From Ginsengibacter sp. (GTDB lineage Bacteria; Bacteroidota; Bacteroidia; Chitinophagales; Chitinophagaceae): 64,000 nt of DNA. A program made the translations under genes and the position numbers. Location of the stretch: assembly GCA_051959325.1 (NCBI GenBank), contig JBQCFI010000289.1, forward strand, positions 28,142 to 92,141, in the 5' to 3' direction. Of this stretch, positions 38,304 to 48,146 are shown one piece after another; position 1 is the stretch's first letter; the number at the start of each line of letters is the position of its first letter. The notes beneath the pieces were generated by a model. That model had not been told where the DNA came from and did no database searches. It worked only from the letters and a program-made list of their open reading frames with translations.

Positions 38304-40769
38304 ATGAAAAAAACAATTTTGATAGCTTTCTTAATATCCATTTATTCAATTGCATCCGCGCAGGAAATGAGAGGAATGAATCATGCAATGCATAAAGACA
38401 CGATTCCTTCTAATGAAAAGATGAATAGTATGAAGGAAATGAATATGCCGATGAATCATGCAATGGAAATGGATACTTCCAAACCGGATGAAGCAAATGA
38501 AATTTCCAGTAATGTAGATTTCAAGCCTGACAAAACGGTTCGCTATGATTTATATGTACGCGATACAATTGTAAACTTTACCGGAAAGAAGAAACAGGCA
38601 ATTGCAGTGAATGGCAGCATTCCGATGCCTACATTAGTTTTTACAGAAGGTGATACCGCTGAAATTTATTTGCATAATGAACTTAAAACACAAACATCCT
38701 TTCACTGGCATGGCGTAAGATTGCCGAATCATGTTGATGGAGTTCCTTATTTAACCACTGCGCCTATACCTCCCGGAACTACACATCTTTACAAATTTGC
38801 AGTTGTACAAAACGGCACTTACTGGTATCATTCCCACAGCGCCCTTCAGGAACAAATTGGGATGTATGGAGCATTGATTTTTAAAAAAAGAGAAATTCAA
38901 TCTTCCTCAAAGAACATTGAAGCAGAACCTGAATATACTTTGGTCTTAAGCGAATGGACAGACGAAAAATCAAAAGTTGTAGAAAGGCATTTACGGTCCG
39001 CGAACGATTGGTTTGCCATTAAAAAAGGAAGTATGCAAAGCTATGCGGAAGCAATTGAAAAGGGATATTTTAAAACAAAAGTAGTTAATGAATGGAAACG
39101 CATGAAAGCAATGGATGTAAGCGATGTGTATTATGAAAAATTTCTTATTAATGGCCATCCGGAAACAACAGCTCCTCAATTTAAAGCGGGTCAAAAAGTA
39201 AAACTGCATATTGTAAATGGTGGAGCTTCCACTTACTTCTGGTTGCAATTTGCCGGAGGTAAACTTACCGTTGTTGGTAATGATGGAAATGATGTAGAAC
39301 CTGTGGAAGTTGATAGAATGATTATCGCTCCTGCAGAGACTTATGATGTAGAAGTAATTATTCCGGAAAACATGAGTTATGAATTCAGGGCTACTTCAGA
39401 AGACCGTACCAATGCAGCTTCATTATGGCTGGGCAGCGGCATGAAAATGAAAGCGCCTGTATTGCCTCATCTGAAATATTTTGAAGGAATGAAAATGATG
39501 AACGATATGATGAAGATGAATGGTGATATGAAAATGATGGAAGGCATGCAAATGACGAACCAGACAATGGATATGAATAATGTAATGTATCCGGAAATTA
39601 CGGGTTATGGGAAGAAGGATGTTAAGAGCGAAATGAAAAACATGGAGGGAAACGAAATGAAAATGCGTGATATGAAGGACATGAAAATGCCTGCTCACTT
39701 TGATAGTGCGAAAAATATTGAGATGAATAATATGCATGGAATGGAGATGCCACAAACTGGCGATATCGTTACGCTTAATTATGGTATGTTACGCTCTCCG
39801 GTTAAAACCACTCTGCCCGATGTTCACACAAAAGAATTAAGGTTTGAACTTACCGGAAATATGAATCGTTATGTGTGGACAATTGACCATAAAACAGTAA
39901 CCGAAACAGATAAAATTTTGATTAAGAAAGGAGAAAATGTACGCCTTATTCTCTATAATAATTCTATGATGCGACATCCCATGCATCTTCACGGGCACGA
40001 CTTCAGGGTAATCACTGAAGAAGGTGAATATGCGCCTTTGAAAAATGTAATAGACATCCTGCCGATGGAAACAGATACGATTGAATTTGCAGGCACAGAA
40101 AGTGGAGACTGGTTTTTTCATTGCCATATTTTATACCACATGATGGCCGGAATGAGCCGGGTATTCAGTTATGAAAATTCGCCACCTAATCCTGAATTAC
40201 CTGATTCGGCAAAAGCATGGAGAAAATTTATGCAGCTTAATAAAATGATTCATCCAATGGCGATGATAGGTCTGGAAAGCAATGGCAGTGATGCAACATT
40301 TGCATTATCTGGTACACGGTATGCGCTGCAAGGTATGTGGCATCTGGGTTTGATGCCAACGCACGGATATGAGGCCGAGCTAAATTTCGGCAGGTATTTC
40401 GGAAATATGCAGTGGTTATTCCCTTATGTAGGTTACGATTATCATTACAGAAAAACAGATGAAATAGAAAAGAATTCTTTCGGACAAATTAGCAACAAGA
40501 ACAACCGTAAAACATTTGTAGTGGGTGTTCAATATACCTTACCAATGCTACTGGTAGCCGATGCCCGGATAGATGGAGATGGAAAATTGCGTTTTCAGTT
40601 AGGCAGGGAAGATGTACCGGTGACCAAGCGCCTTAGATTCAACTTTATGGTGAATACTGATAAAGAATATGCAGCGGGGTTCAGATATATTTTATCCAAG
40701 TGGCTGGCTTTATCAACCCATTACGACAGTGACATGGGATTGGGTGCCGGAATTACTCTGATTTATTAA
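38304..40769 (+). CDS. Multicopper oxidase with Met-rich inserts and a C-terminal beta-strand domain
   Basis: HWHG, WYHSH, HPMHLHGH, HCHILYHMMAGM; two Met-rich stretches. Confidence 0.92.
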   Translation: MKKTILIAFLISIYSIASAQEMRGMNHAMHKDTIPSNEKMNSMKEMNMPMNHAMEMDTSKPDEANEISSNVDFKPDKTVRYDLYVRDTIVNFTGKKKQAIAVNGSIPMPTLVFTEGDTAEIYLHNELKTQTSFHWHGVRLPNHVDGVPYLTTAPIPPGTTHLYKFAVVQNGTYWYHSHSALQEQIGMYGALIFKKREIQSSSKNIEAEPEYTLVLSEWTDEKSKVVERHLRSANDWFAIKKGSMQSYAEAIEKGYFKTKVVNEWKRMKAMDVSDVYYEKFLINGHPETTAPQFKAGQKVKLHIVNGGASTYFWLQFAGGKLTVVGNDGNDVEPVEVDRMIIAPAETYDVEVIIPENMSYEFRATSEDRTNAASLWLGSGMKMKAPVLPHLKYFEGMKMMNDMMKMNGDMKMMEGMQMTNQTMDMNNVMYPEITGYGKKDVKSEMKNMEGNEMKMRDMKDMKMPAHFDSAKNIEMNNMHGMEMPQTGDIVTLNYGMLRSPVKTTLPDVHTKELRFELTGNMNRYVWTIDHKTVTETDKILIKKGENVRLILYNNSMMRHPMHLHGHDFRVITEEGEYAPLKNVIDILPMETDTIEFAGTESGDWFFHCHILYHMMAGMSRVFSYENSPPNPELPDSAKAWRKFMQLNKMIHPMAMIGLESNGSDATFALSGTRYALQGMWHLGLMPTHGYEAELNFGRYFGNMQWLFPYVGYDYHYRKTDEIEKNSFGQISNKNNRKTFVVGVQYTLPMLLVADARIDGDGKLRFQLGREDVPVTKRLRFNFMVNTDKEYAAGFRYILSKWLALSTHYDSDMGLGAGITLIY

Positions 40770-40870
40770 TAAGTTTTACGAATGAAAAATCATCTATAAG
40801 AAAAAATGAAATCCAGTAAACAAACAAATAAACGATAAATCAATTTTCATAACAATAAAAATCAACGATT

Positions 40871-41206
40871 ATGACAGGTTATCACACGTACAAGAATTGT
40901 ATTGATGCATGTTTAAAATGTGCAGCAATCTGTAACCATTGCGCTTCTGCCTGCTTGCAGGAAGAAGATGTAAAAATGATGGCAAAATGCATTCAGTTAG
41001 ACATGGAATGCGCCGCTATATGCTATGCATCAGCGCAGCTCATGAGTATTGGAAGCAGTAAGTCAAAAGACGTCTGTAACATTTGTGCAGACATTTGCGA
41101 TGCTTGTGCAGCAGAATGTTCTAAGCATGAAACAGAACATTGCAAAGAGTGCGCAGATGAATGCAGAAAGTGCGCTGAAGCTTGTCGTTCAGTTGCGGCA
41201 GCATAA
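40871..41206 (+). CDS. Four-helix-bundle Cys-rich copper-storage protein (Csp/DUF326-like)
   Basis: Repeated CxxxC/CxxC helices; no signal peptide. Confidence 0.88.
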   Translation: MTGYHTYKNCIDACLKCAAICNHCASACLQEEDVKMMAKCIQLDMECAAICYASAQLMSIGSSKSKDVCNICADICDACAAECSKHETEHCKECADECRKCAEACRSVAAA

Positions 41207-41295
41207 CTTCTAATGGAAGCAGGGGAGCCGGTTTCCATTATCAATTAAATCGAAACAAACTTTTCAAAACAATTTTTTCATTAAAAATAGAAACA

Positions 41296-41778
41296 ATGGA
41301 ACAAAATAATAAAATGGCAAATAAACCCATGATGATGGGATACAGCAGGTTTTTAATAATGATGATTCTTTCTTTTATCATTATGTACAGTGTAATGTTT
41401 CTTAACGTAGATGAGGCCAATCATATTTATTTAAGCGTTAACAGAACCTATATGGCTTTGCTAATGGTATTGCCAATGGCGGTTGTAATGATGTTGTTGA
41501 TGGGTAAAATGTATCCCAATAAAAAGTGGAATACTGCAATCGTTCTTTCTGCTATATTATTATTCGGATTAGTACTTGCCGGATTAAGAACGCAGACACC
41601 TATTGGTGATGTGCAGTATATGAAGGGAATGATACCTCATCACTCTTCAGCAATTATGACAAGCAAACACGCCAATATAAAAGACCCGGAAGTCAAAAAA
41701 CTTTCAGAAGAAATTATCAAATCACAGGAAGAAGAAATTGCGCAGATGAAAAATATTCTCAAAAGAATGAAGAAATGA
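41296..41778 (+). CDS. DUF305 protein
   Basis: YMKGMIPHHSSAI..S, IIKSQEEEIAQM; ATG 41296. Confidence 0.88.
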   Translation: MEQNNKMANKPMMMGYSRFLIMMILSFIIMYSVMFLNVDEANHIYLSVNRTYMALLMVLPMAVVMMLLMGKMYPNKKWNTAIVLSAILLFGLVLAGLRTQTPIGDVQYMKGMIPHHSSAIMTSKHANIKDPEVKKLSEEIIKSQEEEIAQMKNILKRMKK

Positions 41779-41924
41779 ATGAAGAAATAATTGCTGCCTT
41801 GTTGTTACTCTCGATGCAAACATTTTAATACACAAACTATCGAAATAGATTATTCAATATGAAAAAGCATTTTTAATTTTAGTAACTGAAATAAAATGCA
41901 ACAATAAACATTAATACATAATAA

Positions 41925-42011
41925 CCGAGAAAAGGTGATTGCTGTGTTTTTTGTAGTTATGGAACCGTAAAATGTCCATCTATTCAAATGGAGCAATCCT
42001 GCTGTTCTTAA
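41925..42011 (+). pseudogene. Remnant of a GDCCVxC-domain small protein
   Basis: Manual translation PRKGDCCVFCSYGTVKCPSIQMEQSCCS*; in-frame TAA immediately upstream. Confidence 0.85.
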
Positions 42012-42075
42012 TTTTAAAAAGTAATACCAACTATTTCTATTTCCCCTTATCGAAAACATTTTTAAAAAGAAAAGC

Positions 42076-42083
42076 TATTTTTG
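42076..42083 (+). promoter_or_regulatory. -7 box giving a probable leaderless transcript
   Basis: TATTTTTG ends 7 nt before ATG 42091. Confidence 0.6.
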
Positions 42084-42090
42084 CACCCGA

Positions 42091-42402
42091 ATGAAATTTT
42101 TAGCTTTCATAATGGCAATTATGGTTTTGGCGATGAGCGTAATGCCTTGCACTGATGATGCTAATGCCATGTGTAAAGCGAAAACAGAATTTAAAAAAGC
42201 ATCTCACCAACAGGATAATCCAACAAGTAAGGTTTGTTCACCTTTTTGCCAATGCTCATGTTGTGTAGGTTTTACAATTAGTCATTTCCCTTCATCATTT
42301 ACTGTAATTTCCGCAGCAGTAAACAAACAAATAATTGCCTTTCTTCCTTCTGAAGTTATAGATATTACCCTTCCCGTTTGGCAGCCGCCGCAATTAGTAT
42401 AA
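42091..42402 (+). CDS. DUF6660-like Cys-rich protein
   Basis: MPCTD, CSPFCQCSCC, C-terminal VWQPPQL; directly before cusA/czcA. Confidence 0.85.
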   Translation: MKFLAFIMAIMVLAMSVMPCTDDANAMCKAKTEFKKASHQQDNPTSKVCSPFCQCSCCVGFTISHFPSSFTVISAAVNKQIIAFLPSEVIDITLPVWQPPQLV

Positions 42403-42475
42403 CAATTTTAGATTTAGAATATGCGAAAGCTTCATGGCTTTTGTATTATTATTTACGTTTTGAAAAGTTATATTA

Positions 42476-45400
42476 ATGTTAGAAAAGATTATACAGTTTA
42501 GTATTAGAAATAAATTGGTCATTGGCGTAATGACCTTAGCCCTAATTGTATGGGGTTTGTGGAGCGCTACAAAATTGCCTATTGATGCCGTTCCGGATAT
42601 TACCAATAACCAGGTGCAGATTATTACAGTAACACCAACATTAGCCACACAGGAAGTGGAACAATTTGTTACTTATCCGATAGAACAAAGTATTGCCAAT
42701 TTGCCCGACCTTGAGGAGATTCGCTCTATTTCACGTTTCGGGCTTTCAGTTATTACAGTGGTATTTAAGGATAATGTAAATATTTATTTTGCCCGGCAGC
42801 TTATCAATGAAAAACTAAAAGAAGCTGAAGAGCAAATTCCCAAAGGAATTGGTACACCTGAATTAGCGCCGGTTAGTACTGGCCTGGGACAAATATATGA
42901 GTATGTAATCCATCCGAAAAAAGGGAGCGAAAGTAAATACAGCGCATCGGATTTGAGAACCATGCAGGACTGGATAGTAGCGCGTCAATTATATGGCACA
43001 CCTGGCATTGCAGAAGTAAACAGTTTTGGCGGCATGCTCAAACAATATGAAATAGCGGTTAATCCCGACAAGCTGAAAGCAATGAATGTAACCATTCCGG
43101 AAATCTTTACCGCTTTGGAAAAAAATAATCAAAACACCGGTGGCGCTTACATTGAAAAGGGACCGGATGCTTATTTTATCAGGGGTATTGGTTTGGCTAC
43201 TTCATTGGATGATATTGGTAAAATTGTAGTAAAAAATACCGGTAATATTCCCGTACTTATCAGGGATGTGGCTAATGTAGATTTCGGACATGCTATCAGA
43301 TATGGAGCCATGACAAGGAATGGAGAACATGAAGTGGTAGGTGGCATTGTGATGATGCTGAAAGGCGCTAACAGTGCAGAAGTTACCAATCGCGTAAAGG
43401 CTAAAATGGAAATCATCAAAAAATCTTTGCCTGCTGATGTAGATATCGAACCTTATCTTGACAGAACCAACTTAGTCAAAAGAGCTATCTCAACGGTTGA
43501 AAGAAACTTGACTGAGGGAGCTTTAATCGTCATTCTTGTTTTAGTTATCTTCCTTGGAAATTTTCGGGCAGGTTTAATTGTTGCTTCCGCCATTCCTTTA
43601 TCAATGCTTTTTGCATTAGGTCTAATGAATGTGTTTGGCGTATCAGCAAACCTGATGAGTTTGGGAGCAATTGATTTTGGCTTAATAGTAGATGGAGCAG
43701 TAATTATTGTAGAGAATGTTTTGCATAAACTCTCTCATTCGCAAAAGTTGTCAGGCAGGTTAACCCAAAAGCAGATGGATGAGACAGTAAGTGGTAGTGC
43801 AAAACAGATGATGAGTTCGGCTGCATTTGGACAAATCATTATCCTGATTGTTTATCTACCTATTCTTTCCTTGCAGGGAATCGAAGGTAAAATGTTTCGT
43901 CCAATGGCGGAAACAGTAGGATTTGCGATTTTAGGCGCACTAATTCTTTCACTGACTTACATCCCAATGGTGTCCTCATTATTTCTTTCGAAAAACATTA
44001 AGCATAAAGTAACTTTTGCCGACAGAATGATGAATTTCTTTCATCGTTTATATAATCCTGTTATTCATTGGGCAGTCAGGTTTAAGTATGCAGTAGTTGG
44101 TGCCGCTGCTTTGGTGACCATTATTGCCGTTATTATTTTTAGCCGTATGGGGGGCGAATTTATCCCTCAATTGGAAGAAGGTGATTATGCTTTTGAATTT
44201 TATATGCCTCAAGGCACTTCGCTTTCACAAAGTAAAGAAACATCCATGCAGGCAAGTAAAATTTTAAAATCTTTTCCTGAGGTAAAAGAAGTAATTGCAA
44301 AAACCGGAAGTGCAGAAATACCTACCGACCCAATGCCACCGGAAGCTTCGGATATAATGATTATTTTAAAAGATAAAAAAGATTGGGTTACTACAAAAGA
44401 TTACAAAGAACTGGCAGAATTAATGGAAGAAAAATTAAAACAAATACCAGGTGTTGCAGTTGAAGCAAGCCAACCAATACAGATGCGTTTCAATGAGTTA
44501 ATGACTGGTGTAAAACAGGATGTTGCCATAAAAATTTTTGGCGACAATTTAGATACTTTGGCAGCGCTGGGGCCACAGCTTGCAAAAATTATTCAAACGG
44601 TGCCGGGTGTCGAAACACCTAAGGTAGAACGAACAACCGGCCTTCCTCAAATAACCATTACTTACGACAGAAACCGAATTGCCGCTTACGGGTTGAATAT
44701 TGAAGATGTAAACGATGTGATTAGTACAGCCTTTGCAGGAAAAAAAGCAGGGGTTGTTTTTGAAAATGAAAGAAGGTTTGATTTGGTAGTTCGCCTTGAT
44801 TCTGCTCATCGCACTTCAATTGATGATGTTTCTAATTTATACATTCCTACAAGCAATGGTATTCAAATCCCATTAAGCCAGGTAGCCACAGTAGCGTTTA
44901 AAGAAGGCCCTGCACAGATAAGCCGTGAAGATGCAAAACGAAGGATTGTTATCGGTTTTAATGTGAAAGACAGGGATGTTCAATCTGTGGTGAAAGACAT
45001 CCAGCAGAAGTTAAAAAACTTTTATCTTCCAACCGGTTATTATCTTACTTATGGTGGCACTTTTGAAAATCTTCAAAAAGCATCCGCGCGGTTAATGATT
45101 GCCGTACCCGCAGCATTGCTTCTCATTTTTGTAATGCTGTATTTTACTTTTCATTCTGCAAAAGAAGCAGCCATAATTTTCACTGCTATTCCAATGGCTG
45201 CTATCGGCGGAGTGTTCGCTTTATTGATTCGCGGAATGCCTTTTAGTATTTCTGCCGGCATAGGATTTATCGCTTTGTTTGGCGTGGCTGTGTTAAATGG
45301 AATCGTTTTAATAAGTACGTTTAACCAATTGGCAAAAGATGGAATAGCGGATGTGGTGCAAAGAGTTTATGAAGGAACAAAGATTCGTTTGCGCCCGGTA

Positions 45401-46804
45401 CTTATGACTGCCACCGTTGCATCTCTTGGTTTCCTGCCAATGGCAATTTCAACAGGCGCAGGCGCAGAAGTTCAAAAGCCACTGGCCACAGTAGTTATTG
45501 GTGGATTAATGACTGCAACTTTACTCACCTTGGTGGTGTTGCCTTTGCTGTATATCATTTTTACAAAAACAAAAAAAAGAGGAAACAGTTCATTGTTAAA
45601 AGTAACAACTGTAATTGCAATCCTTTTTTTCTCTCAAACTTTTTTTGTACAAAAAGCAAGTGCTCAAACCCGCATTTCCTTCGATGCTGCTTATGATACT
45701 GCATTGGTAAATAACCTACAGATAAGGGCTAGCGATATACAAATTCAGAGAAGCCGAAGCTTGCAAAATACATGGTTCGATATTCCTAAGACCGGTGTGT
45801 TTGCGGAGAATGACGACATCAACCCACAGGATAAAAATGGAGTGTTGAAGATTGGGTTATCACAAGCCATAGAATGGCCAGGTGTTTATAAGGCAAGAAA
45901 GAACTTATTGAAACAACAGGTGAAATCGGTGGAAATAACTAAGCAGATTAGAGCGTTGGAAATTAAAAAAGATGTTCAGGCTACCTACTACAATTTATGG
46001 TACTTACAAAGCAAACAATTCCTTTGGCAACGTTTGGATAGCCTGTATTCTTCATTGGCTAAAGCAGCGCTATTAAGAGTGAGAACCGGTGAAAGCGCAG
46101 GATTGGATAGCATTGCAGCAGTCTCTAAATCAAAAGAAGTATCTGTGCAATTAAGTTTGTTGCAAAGAGATATTATGGTGGAACAGGAACATTTGAAAAA
46201 ACTGCTGGGCACAACTGTGAGCTATTTGCCTGAAAAAAGTAAACCTGATAAAGTGCCTGTATCTGTTTTCGATAGTTCCTTAAACAATCATCCGCAATTA
46301 CAATTGCAGCAGCAGCAAATAAACATTTCAGATGCAGAACTAAACCTGCAGCAACAAAGTCGCAATCCAAATTTTGAAGGAAGATTTTTTTCTCAAAGAT
46401 TGTATGGAATAAAAAATCCTTATTCCGGATTTTCAATTACAGTGGGTATTCCTTTATTAGGGGGAAGTTATTATCGCAATAAAATAAAAGCAGCAGAATT
46501 AGAAAAAAGCTATCAGCAAACAGTTTTGGATTATGAAAAGCTTTCATTGAAAACAAGTTACGCCCAGGCTTATCAACAGTTACAAAAAGACAACGAGCTT
46601 TTGAGTTACTATGAAAATACAGGTTTGGAACAGGCAGAAGCCATATTAAAATCAGCCAACATTGCTTACAGGGCTGGCGAAATAAGTTTTGCCGAATTAT
46701 CACAATTTGTAACGCAGTCAATAGACACTCAAAAGAATTATTTGGATGTACTCAATCAATATAATCAATCCGCCGTTCAACTAAACTATTATTTAAACAG
46801 ATAA
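42476..46804 (+). CDS. czcA: CusA/CzcA heavy-metal RND permease fused to a C-terminal TolC-like domain
   Basis: LPIDAVPDITNNQVQI, GAIDFGLIVDGAV, RLRPVLMT; extra ~400 aa OEP-like tail. Confidence 0.92.
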   Translation: MLEKIIQFSIRNKLVIGVMTLALIVWGLWSATKLPIDAVPDITNNQVQIITVTPTLATQEVEQFVTYPIEQSIANLPDLEEIRSISRFGLSVITVVFKDNVNIYFARQLINEKLKEAEEQIPKGIGTPELAPVSTGLGQIYEYVIHPKKGSESKYSASDLRTMQDWIVARQLYGTPGIAEVNSFGGMLKQYEIAVNPDKLKAMNVTIPEIFTALEKNNQNTGGAYIEKGPDAYFIRGIGLATSLDDIGKIVVKNTGNIPVLIRDVANVDFGHAIRYGAMTRNGEHEVVGGIVMMLKGANSAEVTNRVKAKMEIIKKSLPADVDIEPYLDRTNLVKRAISTVERNLTEGALIVILVLVIFLGNFRAGLIVASAIPLSMLFALGLMNVFGVSANLMSLGAIDFGLIVDGAVIIVENVLHKLSHSQKLSGRLTQKQMDETVSGSAKQMMSSAAFGQIIILIVYLPILSLQGIEGKMFRPMAETVGFAILGALILSLTYIPMVSSLFLSKNIKHKVTFADRMMNFFHRLYNPVIHWAVRFKYAVVGAAALVTIIAVIIFSRMGGEFIPQLEEGDYAFEFYMPQGTSLSQSKETSMQASKILKSFPEVKEVIAKTGSAEIPTDPMPPEASDIMIILKDKKDWVTTKDYKELAELMEEKLKQIPGVAVEASQPIQMRFNELMTGVKQDVAIKIFGDNLDTLAALGPQLAKIIQTVPGVETPKVERTTGLPQITITYDRNRIAAYGLNIEDVNDVISTAFAGKKAGVVFENERRFDLVVRLDSAHRTSIDDVSNLYIPTSNGIQIPLSQVATVAFKEGPAQISREDAKRRIVIGFNVKDRDVQSVVKDIQQKLKNFYLPTGYYLTYGGTFENLQKASARLMIAVPAALLLIFVMLYFTFHSAKEAAIIFTAIPMAAIGGVFALLIRGMPFSISAGIGFIALFGVAVLNGIVLISTFNQLAKDGIADVVQRVYEGTKIRLRPVLMTATVASLGFLPMAISTGAGAEVQKPLATVVIGGLMTATLLTLVVLPLLYIIFTKTKKRGNSSLLKVTTVIAILFFSQTFFVQKASAQTRISFDAAYDTALVNNLQIRASDIQIQRSRSLQNTWFDIPKTGVFAENDDINPQDKNGVLKIGLSQAIEWPGVYKARKNLLKQQVKSVEITKQIRALEIKKDVQATYYNLWYLQSKQFLWQRLDSLYSSLAKAALLRVRTGESAGLDSIAAVSKSKEVSVQLSLLQRDIMVEQEHLKKLLGTTVSYLPEKSKPDKVPVSVFDSSLNNHPQLQLQQQQINISDAELNLQQQSRNPNFEGRFFSQRLYGIKNPYSGFSITVGIPLLGGSYYRNKIKAAELEKSYQQTVLDYEKLSLKTSYAQAYQQLQKDNELLSYYENTGLEQAEAILKSANIAYRAGEISFAELSQFVTQSIDTQKNYLDVLNQYNQSAVQLNYYLNR

Positions 46805-46809
46805 AAGAA

Positions 46810-48033
46810 ATGAGAAAATATATTTTAATACTATCTATTATCACGCTTATCACTTCCTGCGGGAGTAATAAAACGGAAACGATAAAAGAGGAAGAAACAC
46901 ATACAGAAGAAGCGTCACCAGATTTTGTTTCATTAACCGAATTGCAAATGCAAACAGCAGGAATTGAATTAGGTTCTATTGAGCAAAAAAACCTTAAAAA
47001 TTCAATCAAGGCAAATGGCCTGCTTTCAGTGCCTAATCAAAATAAAGCATTTGTAACTTCTGTTAACAGCGGAGTGATAAAAACGTTATTAATTCAGCCC
47101 GGAGACTTTGTTCGCAAAGGACAGAAGGTGGCGACAATTGTGAATCCTGATGTGGCCGGTTTACAACAACAATTGCAAACGATAAATGCCCAAATCAGTT
47201 TGAATGAAATTGAATACAATCGCCAGAAAGAACTGGTGGCAGGAAATGCTGCGCCATTAAAAAATGTTCAAAGAGTGCAAAGTGAATTAGCAACGCTAAA
47301 GGCTACACGAAATTCATTACAAAAGCAACTGACCATTATGGGCATTCCTGTATCAAGCGTAAACAAAGGGAATATTATTACCACACTTATCATTACAGCC
47401 CCTATTAGCGGTACGGTAAGTAATGTATCTGCGCAAATCGGCTCTGATGTGAATCCTTCCACCCCTATTGCGGGTATTGTAAACAATGCGCTACTGCACC
47501 TTGATTTATTTGTGTTTGAAAAAGATTTGCCCAAAGTGCATGACAAGCAAACCATCCATTTTACATTAACCAATAATCCCGGAAAAGAATACGATGCCCA
47601 GATTTTTTCCATCGGTACGGCTTTTGTCAATGAAAGCAAAACAATACCCGTTCATGCTGTAGTGAAAGGGGATAAATCAGGCTTGATAGAAGGTATGAAC
47701 GTTACAGCCGTAATCAGCATCGGCGATGCATTGGTTTCTGCTGTTCCTTCTGATGCAATTGTAAATAACCAGGGGAAGGATTATATTTTTGTTTTAAATA
47801 AAAAAACTCAATCAAAACAAGAAGAAAAAAAGGAAGGCCAAGGCAAAAATAGTGATGAATCAAAGGAAGAAAAATCTTTCAATTTTGAAAGAGTGCCTGT
47901 AATAAAAGGCATGTCAGATGTAGGCTATACTGAAATAACATTGCTCGAAAACCTTCCGATAGATTCAAAAATTATTACAAAGGGAGCATTTTTTGCAATG
48001 GCAAAAATGACGAACGTTGGGGAGGAAGAATAA
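46810..48033 (+). CDS. Heavy-metal RND adaptor (CzcB/CusB-like) lipoprotein
   Basis: Lipobox ITSC; GDFVRKGQ, ITAPISG, TKGAFF. Confidence 0.9.
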   Translation: MRKYILILSIITLITSCGSNKTETIKEEETHTEEASPDFVSLTELQMQTAGIELGSIEQKNLKNSIKANGLLSVPNQNKAFVTSVNSGVIKTLLIQPGDFVRKGQKVATIVNPDVAGLQQQLQTINAQISLNEIEYNRQKELVAGNAAPLKNVQRVQSELATLKATRNSLQKQLTIMGIPVSSVNKGNIITTLIITAPISGTVSNVSAQIGSDVNPSTPIAGIVNNALLHLDLFVFEKDLPKVHDKQTIHFTLTNNPGKEYDAQIFSIGTAFVNESKTIPVHAVVKGDKSGLIEGMNVTAVISIGDALVSAVPSDAIVNNQGKDYIFVLNKKTQSKQEEKKEGQGKNSDESKEEKSFNFERVPVIKGMSDVGYTEITLLENLPIDSKIITKGAFFAMAKMTNVGEEE

Positions 48034-48146
48034 TAATATAAACACATTCTTTGCCTCAACATAATTGTTAACCGGCAGCAGTCCTTTGGACAGTAAAAGG
48101 ACAAATAACTGAGATTTTGATTTTTTGTGAACAAATTTTAAAAACA

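Noticed and set aside
39420-39760. Quasi-periodic ATG-rich DNA
   Set aside because: Explained by the Met-rich copper-binding insert of the oxidase; not a CRISPR or tandem array.
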